In this document: one piece after another, positions 1 through 11,551 of the stretch
Position numbering within the stretch: position 1 is the stretch's first letter
Layout of the letters: every line of letters starts with the position of its first letter
Origin: Phoronis australis
Lineage: Eukaryota; Animalia; Phoronida
Length of the DNA stretch: 64,000 nucleotides
Reading direction: 5' to 3'
Assembly (NCBI GenBank): GCA_002633005.1
Contig: NMRA01000026.1
Coordinates: forward strand, 1,322,710 to 1,386,709
Program-made: the position numbers and the translations under genes
The notes under the pieces: generated by a model
What the model was told of the DNA's origin: nothing
The model's database searches: none
What the model saw: only the letters and a program-made list of their open reading frames with translations

Positions 1-534
1 AAAAAGGAGTTTGCCAAGATTCTGACAAGGTTAGTCTCAGTACAACTTCAAAAAGGAGTTTGCCAAGAGTCTGACAAGGTTAGTCTCAGTACAACTTCAA
101 AAAGGAGTTTGCCAAGATTCTGACAAGGTTAGTCTCAGTAAGACTTCAAAAGGAATTTGCCAAGAGTCTGACAAGGTTAGTCTCAGTACAACTTCAAAAG
201 GAGTTTGCCAAGAGTCTGACAAGGTTAGTCTCAGTACGACTTCAAAAGGAGTTTGCCAAGAGTCTGACAAGGTTAGTCTCAGTACGACTTCAAAAGGAGT
301 TTGCCAAGAGTCTGACAAGGTTAGTCTCAGTACGACTTCAAAAGGAGTTTGCCAAGATTCTGACAAGGTTAGTCTCAGTACGACTTCAAAAGGAGTTTGC
401 CAAGAGTCGGACAAGGTTAGTCTCAGTATGACTTCAAAAAGAGTTTGCCAAGAGTCTGACAAGGTTAGTCTCAGTACGACTTCAAAAGGAGTTTGCCAAG
501 AGTCTGACAAGGTTAGTCTCAGTACGAATTCAAA
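1..534. repeat. 48-bp minisatellite, about 11 copies, in the last RPLP0 intron (continues past the window start)
   Basis: Unit aaaggagtttgccaagagtctgacaaggttagtctcagtacgacttca repeated with few substitutions. The 97..573 ORF is only its 16-aa translation. Confidence 0.97.
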
Positions 535-1027
535 AACAGTGAAAAAAAAACGAGTGGAAGACTTCAGCACCATGTGGATGTGTCACATTAGAAGCAATTA
601 TTCGCTCAAGTAGTCTACTTGCCCGTCCCTAGCCCATTTCATTATGGTGTTAAGGCGGGCTCGGGTATTGTGAGAGTTTGGTGGGAAGAACATTAAAGAA
701 TACTACATCATCACTCCCTACACATTCTTGGTTAGGAATGCAACTCATAGTCCATCTGTGCACTACTGGCATCAGGTGGGTGGATGTAGCAGTAGAATGG
801 CGATTACCACGGCAGTAAAGAGAGAAGTCAGTGACCTATGCATTGTGTGAGGATACCACTGAACCAGTGCAAAAGCACAACTCAAACCGTCATTGCACTG
901 CATTCTGATAAGCTTCCATCAGCAGTTTTGGACTAGCTAGCCAACCAATAGCATCAGGCATTTAGTCATCACCAACAGGTTTGGTGCAGCCATTTACAAC
1001 AATCCCGTTGCGTCTTTCGTCACTAAC

Positions 1028-4000
1028 CTGTTCAGCCAGAGGGAAAGTGTAATCTGTTTCCACAGCGACGGCCAGCAGGTTCTTGAATCCGTTGATGATG
1101 GAGTGCGGTGCAGAGCATATTGTTGGGTAGCCAATGCTCAGACACACACTAGCAATGTTGGTGACACCCTGGAAAATAGAACTACATGTTGAGTGAAAAA
1201 TTCATTTTAAGACTAATACAGTTTGGCTTCATTTTAGTAACTTTGTAACATGAATTACAACACAAACCACTTTTATACTGGAAACTTATCTTCAAATGAT
1301 GTACTTTCAACATGGGATCAAACTTCAGTTTTTGGAAACAAAACAAGAGCAACACAGAGTTCATACGTGCGCAGAGAGAATTTTACAAGTCGCAATGCCA
1401 AATGTTGCTATAAGCCCAACATGTGCATCGCATACAGCGCAGAAAGAAGGACTCATCATTATAAACATTCCCACTAAAGGGAGAAATGCTGGTAAACTTC
1501 TAGGGAGTGCAAAGCAAGTCACAAATGCTCTAGTCATGAACACACTCAAACACCTTTCATCATGAAGGATAGGGAGGCAAACGACAAAGGACAAAAACAA
1601 AAAAAGTCCCAGAGAGGGCACAATGTAGGTTAAATCCGACTGAAACAAGGTAGGTGCCATCATCTACATGATAGTAACCGATTAGCAAAATCTAACCAAC
1701 ATCCATCATGGAATATGGTAGATGACAGGGGCGGATCCAGGATTTTGAATTGGGGGGGGATTTTGCCCTTCAGACATTCGCACCTCGAACTGCCAAATGG
1801 AATCTGGGATAATGTTATAGGGGTCATGGCCACCTTGGCCCAACTCTAAATCTCTACTGGATATCAAAACAAATGCCAAGAAAATTTACGACGACAAAGA
1901 AGGAAAGTTTTCCCGGTGATGCATAGTTCCACAAATCAATAGGCTTGTGTGATAAATATTTTTTATATTGTAATATTTAACTCAAACCTTTTGCATGAAT
2001 GAATAAAGTCATAATAAAGATAAAAGGGATGAAAAAGAGGAAACTGGAAATCAAATAAGAGGTAATTGAAACCAAAAAAGAGGAATTCCTCTTACAAGTG
2101 GAAAATTGCAAGCCTTGCAAGAATTGCCACAAGGAAACTGTGCAGTAGTTTGACTTGTCAGTTGTGCGTTTCTCAACACATATACCAAGTCTCATCAACA
2201 TCCATCAAGGGAGTTGGTAGATATTGAGTCACGCAGAAAAATTAACTAGGAGGCGCCACAACAACTGGACCTATCAAAATGAACGCCCGACAGACGACGT
2301 GGACGCATCAAGGAAAGAGGGAGATGAAAAAGTAAAATTGCCATTGGGGGCACAGAAGTAGTTCGGTGAAGCCCTCATCGTTATTAGGAAAAACTAAACT
2401 GCAAAATTTCATAGATTTCGCAAGGAGTTGCAGAGAACTAAAAAGCTATGGATGCCAGGCAGACAGATGACGAGAATACACACCCACATAATGTATATGT
2501 GGGAGAATAGTGAATTATATACACAATTTTTGGAACTTCTTTCAGCACAAATATATACAACCCAATTACAAAATGAGTGCTTCATTTGAGGGATATCTTT
2601 TTGATTGTACTTTACATTAAACCCAAGCTGCATCTCAACACTCACAGTCATGAATGTCTTCCTGATGTCATCATCAGTGATGTCAAGTACAGAAGGACTG
2701 AAGACGGTACCAGAGTCGTACACTGTAACAAAAGTTCAATCAATAAGCCATCTAAGCAGTGCAACTTTCAACATAAACGGTTCCTTTTAAGAACACTTAT
2801 CACCATGTAACAGAGCGCAGATGCAGTTTCTTGACCACGGGGTCTGACAATGGATATACAAAGTGTGCTTGAATCTATCCATTACAGACTAATAGTCACT
2901 TACTGAAGTCCCAAATGTTGAGAACCAGTTTCTTCACAGAAAATGGGCATCAAACTGGTTCTCAAAATCCAGGAAGCCTGCTACTTGACTATTGCCTATT
3001 AAAACAGCTGAAGTGAATGCACATTATGCTCTATCCATGCAGGATATGACACAAAGGGAAAGTTAAATACGCAGTTGCTCTCGACTATAAGCAATATAAT
3101 AACCATTGACCCTAACATACTGAAGCAAAGTATTACAACAATTGATAGGACAGTCAGGTAATTATCGCAAGGCTCAATTTGGTGACCTCAGATTTTGTTT
3201 TGACGACCGGATAAAACCCCCAAATCACCACGCTTATATGCGAGAACAAACACGTTTCCCTCACATAGGAGCCTAGTCTGGGCAGGATTGTGGGCCTGGG
3301 GTGAAAATTGGTTTATAAAAAGCAGACGATTTAGTCAGTGACAATTAGTCCCAATCTCATATTCAACTAAAAAATGATTGCTAGTCATTTTTGAGTGTCC
3401 TCTAAACGGTTGCTCAGTTTCCCAGTCGTTCAATTCTGATGTCCATCATTCCATTGTCAATTGTTGTCAACTATGTGTTGTTTATGAAGGTAGGCCAGGA
3501 CGTTTGTATCCCCTGGATATGGTTTCCCTTGAGCCCATTTCCCATCTGGAATGTTGCCAAGCTGTATTTAGCAACTTTCGCAAGTGATGTCACCGCCTGC
3601 TGCATTCGTTTCACATGCCATTTACCTTGAGTCAGCTCCAAACCATAAGTGAAAGGTAGAATCTTTAACATAGTCAACAGCGCAGCTTCAGATGCACCCA
3701 CTCTCACATCCTTCTTGATGATGTGAACATCAGACTACAACAGACAATTGTCGATAACCAAGACCATACTAGATGCTTAACATGACCCACCATGAGAAGC
3801 CAACTTGTTCAGCCTCGTCAAAACCAACAACACACTGTCAATTCTCTCACAGCCCAGAAATACATATATAGTTTGAGTAAAAATAAGCAGAGACCAATTC
3901 TGTAGCTATAAGTAGTCTAAATCAACTCTTTTTTACAGTAATCTGGTTCTAACAGCAATCATTTAGCTGCTCCACGTTCTTATCATGTATGTGGTCAGAC

Positions 4001-6398
4001 AGCACAAGGCAAAGCTTGCTCTTGTATTGAAGCAGGAATCAGTGGGTTCAGCCATTTCTGGCTCTGAGACCTGTGTGCCTCAACATGGCAACTCGAGGCT
4101 TTCATCATTTTACACAACACAACAAATACGTAGACACAAATATCAAACACGAAAATCGAGTAAAACATCTTCAAAAGACTTTGGTAAAACTGAATTAAAG
4201 GGAACAAGTATAACACGAGTTAACTTACCAAGATTTCAATGGTACCCTTGGAAATTTTGGTGGGGATAGCCAGGGCCTGGAAGAAGCTGGTCTTCTCAGG
4301 GCCAAGACCCGTATTCTGGGCTGGCACAAACACATCCAGTGGGGCCATGGCACCTGCTTTGGCAGCTGCCGGCACACGGTTGTCCAGGATTCTGTCACGG
4401 ATGTCACCCAAGTCTTCCTTGGTGAATACAAAACCCACGTTGCCTTTGATATGTGGCAACAGCCTGAAATATGCATGGACATACCTAGTAGTCATAAGCA
4501 CAAGCACGCACACATTAGTAACAGTGCAAAGTTAGTACATACTACACCACATTTTCTATTAAGACATCTTAGGAACACTTTACGGTGCCAGGAAACATCA
4601 ATGTGGGACTGGTCACATAAACAACAAGTTACCATTAGGTGCTACATTCAAGTTCAATTATTCATTCATGTTCCTGCACCGAAAAAGTAAAGGACGCAGA
4701 AATTCAACAGTTAACTAAATATAACGGTTTCATGGTCGGGTTCACCCATGCTCAAGTATAATCATGCCATGTCTCAGACAGCCAGCAAGGCAAGGTGTTG
4801 CACACCAACAGATGTCAGCACCAGTGGGTTCAGCCATTTCTGGCTCTGATGCTGTACGACATCTGCATTGCAGTGAGGACTTTCATCATGTGACATACAA
4901 CTAACTGGGTATAGGTAAACATGACTACTGACACAGCATGCCCGATAACTTTAATCATGCAACACATACTTCTCAAGAGCTGGGTTGTTGTCCAGGTGAC
5001 CACGAATGGCCTTTCTCATCATGGTGTTCTTACCCATCAAAAGCTCTGAAACAATTGTGGTAAATCATGTAAATGTCACATTTTGAACACTAACAATAAA
5101 TACATGAACACTACAGGGCATGGAAAGACCAATGACAAAAAGAGGAAAATTTTCCTGCTGATGTATCATACTATAAATAAATAGGCTTGTGTGATGCAGT
5201 GTTTTTGGATGAATTAAGTAAAGATAATGATAAGAGACGAAGAATGAGGAAACTGAAAATCAAATAAGTGGAAATTGAAACCAAAAACGAGGAAATTCTC
5301 TTAAAAGAGGAAAATTTCAAGCCCTGACACGGCAGCTGTTCCATTGACTAGTCTTATCTTCAACAACTTCATTAAGTGTTTTAAATACAACCACCAGAGA
5401 GTTATGGTGTATGCCTCGTTCAGGACCATTTAAAATACAACGAGCAAATCTGACGACAGAAAGAACAGTACAAACCTGCGTGGCCACGAAGACTGGCACG
5501 GATCTTCTGCATTTGATTAGAGCCGACATTATCTACACTGACAACGAACACTCGCGGATATTCATCCAGCAGTTGCTGCAAGTGTATACATACGTTTTAA
5601 TTGGATTACTGATACCTGGCACCTTGTTTGATGAAAAGTAACTTAAGGCTTAGGAGGAAAATTTGGTCTTACACTCCCTATATATTTCTGAAAAAATAAA
5701 ACTCTTTTGAGCAAAAGTCTCCGAGGATATTCAGACAATTGTCACAGATAATTTCTATCAATTATTTTTTGACTATGATCCACTCCTTATTACTGGGTTA
5801 TACCTTTATTCAGCACTAGTCAAGTGGGAGAGCAAGAACAAATTCGTTTCATGAAACAGACCCTGAACTATGTATCTAATCCAGACAAGCTATCAAGATT
5901 TTTAATAGACCACTGTGGGACAAAATCATCATCTCGCAGCTCAACAGTCCAGCAAGAGCAAAACCAGCCAGGGATCTTGCAAATCCTAGGCAAATTCCTG
6001 CTGTGCACACCACCTACAGCAGTGGCTTGCTTGAATCGTCTACAGGAAATACACATCAATGCTTCAGTTACGCACATCTCCTTCAACAGAAGCCAACATT
6101 GTCCAACTGGTTCACGCACAAACAGAATTTGGTGAATGTGCACGTGGGATTAGTGGACAAATTGTGCAGCTCACACCAGATGGCATTGTATACCAGTCTT
6201 TCTGCAGTCTTTCTTCACGGGTAATGCGTGTAAATGCTGAAGTGCATCTCTATTGGCAACTTTATTATGATGGACAGAATCGCAGCAATACTGACCAGAC
6301 ACTTGCTACTATCAGGAGTGCAGCAGAAACAGAAGAAAACTTACAATGATACGCAGGAAGTAGTTGGACTTCCAAGTAGCCTTGTCTTCCTTGACCAT
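1028..6398 (-). CDS. RPLP0: 60S acidic ribosomal protein P0 (uL10); partial, C-terminal exon lies left of the window
   Basis: Coding exons 6345-6398 ([18 protein letters not shown]), 5476-5575 ([33 protein letters not shown]), 4970-5045 ([24 protein letters not shown]), 4229-4463 ([13 protein letters not shown]...[28 protein letters not shown]), 3626-3734, 2646-2722 and 1028-1168 ([16 protein letters not shown]...[11 protein letters not shown]). All junctions are GT-AG and in phase, giving 264 aa. Confidence 0.97.
1726..1859. mobile_element. Short degenerate hAT-like MITE (caggggcggatccagga family)
   Basis: Left end caggggcggatccaggatttt...ggggggg, degenerate right end. A related right end lies at about 18470-18520. 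Confidence 0.5.
3990..4113 (-). ncRNA. SNORD22: Intronic box C/D snoRNA, U22 (SNORD22)-like, copy A
   Basis: C box ATGATGA (4108-4102), D box CTGA (3998-3995) preceded by GCTGT, about 120 nt. The core CAGAGCCagaaatGGCTGAACCCACTG resembles the vertebrate U22 core CAGAGCCtgtaaaGGTGAACCCACTG as recalled. Same strand as host RPLP0. Confidence 0.75.
4769..4895 (-). ncRNA. SNORD22: Intronic box C/D snoRNA, U22 (SNORD22)-like, copy B
   Basis: C box ATGATGA (4889-4883), D box CTGA (4777-4774), terminal stem ATGTC/GACAT. Core identical to copy A, enclosed by stem CAGATGTC..AGCATCAG/CTGGTGCT.GACATCTG. Confidence 0.8.
5114..5326. mobile_element. About 210-bp MITE with CAGGGC...GCCCTG termini; diverged second copy at about 1885-2117
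   Basis: TIR cagggcatggaa/ttcaagccctg. Blocks aataggcttgtgtgat and gaggaaactg..aatcaaataag..aattgaaaccaaaaa are shared with 1885-2117. Confidence 0.6.
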
Positions 6399-8140
6399 CT
6401 TTGTGATTCAGGGACTGCTGAGGCAATTTAAAGACAAGTCTTCGGTCTGAAAGACAAAAATTTGGCTTGTGATTTGGGGATTGCTGAATCAGCTTAAAAA
6501 GTCTTTCATCTGAAACAGAAAAAAAAATAAACTAACAGGCCATTTACCAGAGTTGCACCACCTGTGCAGCTCCCATCAGCAGTGATTTTGGGAGCACTCA
6601 GACAAGTAGCTGGCAGCTGAGATGTCATCCTCAAGTGAACCATGACTCAGCTCACAGCATGATGCACCTACCTGCACACATCAATGCTCACTGACCTATT
6701 TGCCAAGTTTGTTGTGAACAACCTAAACAGTACACATGGTTATAATGAGCCAGCAATCCAGCCAAAGAGGTCTGTTGTCAGGTGATGCAATTATATTTTA
6801 TTGACTACTGAAGGTAATAGACTAAGCACTTAAATTGATTTTCAGGTCAGACAGGTGGCTGATTTAAAAGCCAGTGTTCTTCACGACTGCTTTTAACGTG
6901 TCGCAGTGTCCTGTTTGGCCGAATGCGCGGCCTGTTTAAATCAGGGTTTCCCCTGCGTGTAAGCTTCTGGGCGGCCCACCACTTTTTGGCCCCACTCGTA
7001 AATCATACTCAAAGTGACCGCCACACACCTAATCGTGACGGAGAAACTTCACCACCACGCAAAAATCGCTAGTACAAATGATCACTACTGAAATGATCGC
7101 TAGTAAATCAAAACTATCATTTAAAAAAGTGCTTACTTTCATCATTTGTCCTTTCTACTTCTATACATATCTTCGATGAAGTTTAGTTGTGAGAATTAAG
7201 GGGACTTTGGGGAAGAATTCCAACTCTAATTTTTTGGTTGCCGTTAACTTTTTCACCACACACACGATAACCACAAAGTATGTCAACTGAGTCACGCGAG
7301 TTAGGCAAAGGCTAGCACGAGACTGAGCGAAGCACATGACACTTGCAAAATAGCACTGATGAGAAGGTGAAATTTGTAAGATTTGTGTCCCTTGGACTTT
7401 TTTTCGTCAACATGCGTGATTTCACGCAACTGATTTAAAATGGCACCCGGTAAGAGAAACTCGAACATACCGCGACAGATTTTCATTGATTTCTTCAAAT
7501 TACCTTGACTGAATCATCTCCAGACTTATGGTATGAGTTGTTTATAACTCCATGTGCATATATGCACGTTTCATTTGATTTTATTTCCTGTATTTTGAAA
7601 TGAGTAACTTTTTGTGGGGATGTACTATCGCCCCTGTATGCCTGCCCCTGTATGCCTGCGGCATCCTGGGCGATGTAATTGCCTACTGCTACGCCGGCCA
7701 ACGCCAATCCACTATCACTGATTTATGTTTAGCAAGACGATGTCAACGTAAGTTTCGTTACACAAATTAGTTTAATACGTCTACAAAGTTCACATATTTT
7801 ATGTTCTATGTTTGTCACTTCGTGGATAATTGAATTTTAACACTGTTTTTGTACTCAGGTGCGACAGAGATCACACTATGCTGGACACTTCATTGCCAAT
7901 TTGTCTTGCGAAGTGTCCATTACCCAGATACTTCCACCATGATGCTTGGGTTAAGGTCTTGTCTATGATGAGCAAACTGCAACCAATTACATCTAATGGT
8001 AATTGTTTACAATATGACGACATCGACCAACACACATGATTTTGGTATCGATCGATTCCTTGCAATGTTATCTTTCCAAAAATATATGAGTATATCCCCT
8101 ACCACGTTTCTTCCGAATTTTATAGTCGAATTTCGGTTTG

Positions 8141-8639
8141 CACTATTTCCCGGTTGACACCGCCATGTTAGCTCAACTCAAGATTACTGCGACACCTGTT
8201 GTTAATGAATGAAACAGCATCGTCGATTCTGAATTTTTTGCCCGTGCGAGATTCCCGCTTAAGTTTTCCTGACATAATATGGAGGAACAAGTTGCAGCAT
8301 TCCACCTTTTTCAATTTTTTATACTTGTGACCATTTGACCATTTTTTTCACGAAATTGTCTGAAGTGATACCATTTTCACCAATATGGACCTTAAAAACA
8401 ACTTCCGCTTTTTCGCAGACTTGTGCTCTAGCTAATGCGTACCAGGGTTACCATAGGATCGAATTCGAACCCTTGGGCTTGGGACCGTAACTCGGGCGGG
8501 GGATAGAAGGGTCTCGGTCAATTTGACCTAATGAAAAGCGACGATTTACAGAAGTCTGTAGATTAGTTCATTTTTTGACCGCAAGGTGACTCCTTCCATT
8601 CAACATGGCGGTATTACTACCGTGTACCGGGAAATAGTG
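8141..8639. mobile_element. About 500-bp MITE-like element with CACTATTTCCCGGT termini
   Basis: cactatttcccggt...ccgccatgtt at 8141 is inverted to aacatggcgg...accgggaaatagtg ending at 8639. No clear TSD. Confidence 0.5.
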
Positions 8640-8662
8640 TATTTTTGGAAAGATAACGTAGC

Positions 8663-9316
8663 CACAGGCGTCCTCAGCTTCTAATCGTCCCCAATACACT
8701 ACATATAATACTACAAGGTATGACACTTCCGACCAAAAATTCCACGGGTGCTTCACTTCANACACAAAACAGGGGTTCAACAAACCATGAAGAATTGTTC
8801 TTTCTCCCAATACCATTCACGGTGTCCTGTTCCGGCGACTTCGTAAGAAATTCGCAGTCAAAGAACAAAAATGTTCACAAAAAACCCCCGCGCACGTCCA
8901 TCGGTTGCCGCTCGAGGTCAAGGACGGTACGGAAATTGCCGGTGAGTTACGGAAGTACCGACATCGGTCGCGTAAAGTCACGATGTCGGTACTTCCGTAA
9001 CTCACCGGCAATTTTCGTACCGTCCTTGACCTCGAGCGGCAACCGATGGACGTGCGCGGGGTTTTTTTGTGAACATTTTTGTTCTTTGACTGCGAATTTC
9101 TTACAAAGTCGCCGGAACAGGACACCGTGAATGGTATTGGGAGAAAGAACAATTCTTCATGGTTTGTTGAACCTCTGTTTTGTGTAAATTTATTGAGTTT
9201 TATGTTTGCTATGGACGGCTGAAGTGAACACCCGTTGAATTTCTGGTCGGAAGTGTCATACCTTGTAGTATTATATGTAGTGTATTGGGGACGATTAGAA
9301 GCTGAGGACGCCTGTG
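8663..9316. mobile_element. 654-bp foldback (near-perfect palindrome) element, P-superfamily-like, 8-bp TSD
   Basis: Arms mirror around about 8975. Ends CACAGG...CCTGTG. TSD aacgtagc at 8655-8662 and 9317-9324. Confidence 0.85.
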
Positions 9317-9372
9317 AACGTAGCAAGGAATCGAACAATACCAAAATCATTTGTGTCATTGTCGTCATATTG

Positions 9373-11551
9373 CAGGGCTCGACGCTATTAAAATCGCCAG
9401 GTCGCATTTTGCGACCTAGCCAAAATCCCAGGTCGCATTTTCAAAATCCAGCTCGCATTCGTAAATGCCAGGTCGCAAAATTTTCCCGCCATTTTTAAGC
9501 GCCAAAATAGATTTTTTAGATCATCGAGAAAATGTTTAGATTATGCTCTTACCTGCAGCGTTAAATACTCACAAAGTTCGGATCTCAAAATTGACTTCAT
9601 TCATGCAGGTACGGCGTTTATTACTGTTCTTCACGACCGCCATTGAAAGTCTCTAGAGCGCAAGGCAAGTTGCCGACGTGAAAGTTGAATCAGTGCTCTC
9701 TTACTGACTTGTGCATTCGAGTAGCTAAATTTGCGATGTGAAAAGGGAGAAAATGCCCCTTGAAAAAGTATCCGGGATATTTTTAGATCTGGCCTGCTAC
9801 TAGCTGTCATCATCAAAGTCGTTAACTATTCAAACTAACTCGGGTAATGGCGAGTTTGCTCCGCAATACCTTCCAAGTAAGGGAAAAATAGGTCAGTCAC
9901 CAAACGACACGCATGTCACTAGTGTTAACTTTCTTTCCGAGATATAAAACAAAGCCGGGATTTGGTTTTTACATATTGTGAAAAGACGTTTTTGAAAACT
10001 GAAGTTGTGCAAAATGAAAGTGACACACCATATAAGCTGCGTGACAATTTTAAATCACACGCGGTCGTTTGTAGTGCGCTATGATGGGCACTAGCTTGAA
10101 CTGTGGGCGCTTCATTGGAAATTCTCAAAATTTAAGGGGGGGACTTTTAATAGATCAGTGAGCGCTTATTATGAAACACTTTAAAGGTAGGGAGTAAGCT
10201 TGTGAGTGAGCATAGTCGTTAACCTCAGTGTTTGCTGTAATAAGATATTAAAACGCTGCAGTGGTAAGAAACGTTATAATAATACGATTTTGCGAGGCAA
10301 ACTCCATCTCGTAGGGGTGACTTCTGGATATCGTTACCACCTATATTGTACCCTTTTTAGCCTCCCGGACTGATTTTGTTTTTAACTGCCCGCTTCAGCC
10401 GGAACAAGGTTGTTTCTAAAGGAGTCTGAACATTTTACGGCGACGGTGGTTCGGGGAACGAAAAGTTGCCGGGGGGAGGGGGGGGTGTATAAAGAGAAGA
10501 ATGAAAAGTTCGCTAACTTGAACCTTAATTTCGCATCTAGTGCCAGTTTAGTTGCAATAACTGGCTACGGGCATAGAATACAGGGTTTACCGAACACCGA
10601 CCTCGGGGAATAACGGAACAGGAAAACGTCAGTTCTGGGTTATATCGGCCCCGGTACATCGGGTCTTTTATAACCGCTGGGAATCTGAGTTTATTTTCAA
10701 ATAAACCAGAGCCAAGCCGGTATACTCTTTCATTTAGGACTGTCGCTGTTCTTTGAAGTGGTGCGCGCGCGTGAGTTCACGCACTTCAATCGCTGAAGTA
10801 GGCCTACACTTTACATTGGTAACAACGTGTGAAAGACAAATCATATTTCGCGCACGTACATGTAGCCCCAGAAACAAGTAAGGGGTTTGAGAATTTCTTG
10901 CCAAATGAAAGTAAAGACGTGACCGTTGCTTGGCGATTAATAAAGTTGTCATAGGAGAAGCACATCTCAGTCTAAGTCACGATTGTGTGCCGGGACCGCT
11001 TGACCAGTGCCGCAGTGCGATATCAGGGATATTGTCTAGGATATTTGGTACATGTAATAAGGACATCTTATGTGAAAAATAAACATTTTTGTCCACCACA
11101 AAGTTTGGTAAGTTGATCGCTTAATAATTAGTAGAAACACCGTTGTTTTGTGAAGTTTTATCACGTGTTAAGCAGTGGCCCGAAACTTTCTTCGTCGAAT
11201 CCGGGAATTTACAAAAGTGGCCGAAAGTGTTAGCCAATGAAACGCTTCAAAGATCGATTCTGCATATCCCATGTTCACGCGACTTGCTTACAAGTCATCG
11301 GGAGGGCTGTTCTCGGTTAGTGTTGTTTTGACTTTTGAACTTGGATTTGGCAACGACCAAATAACGGTCGGATTAACAAGAGCTGCTTTGTATTTTCCAG
11401 GTATCTGTTGAGAAGTGTAAAAACTCAGCTCGCATTCGTTGGAAATTCCAGGTCGCATTTTGCGACTTGATACGAGCTGACAAATATCTCATCTCGCATT
11501 TCCAAATTTCAGGTCGCAAATGCGACCTGCAGCTCGTTATGTCGAGCCCTG
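9373..11551. mobile_element. 2.2-kb non-autonomous hAT-like DNA transposon with 5-bp TSD
   Basis: TIR cagggctcgac/gtcgagccctg, TSD tattg (9368-9372 and 11552-11556), subterminal ggtcgcattt/gctcgcatt repeats, no transposase ORF. Confidence 0.85.

Noticed and set aside
1-534. CRISPR-like array or repeat protein (ORF 97..573)
   Set aside because: Head-to-tail repeats without unique spacers, inside a eukaryotic intron: a minisatellite.
3100-3120. ccctaac as a telomerase RNA template next to the structured intron element
   Set aside because: Only about one repeat unit, on the strand opposite to the structure, with no pseudoknot, CR4/5 or free H/ACA tail recognised.
8720-9407. Mirror ORFs of 136 and 196 aa
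   Set aside because: By-products of the foldback palindrome with no protein features.
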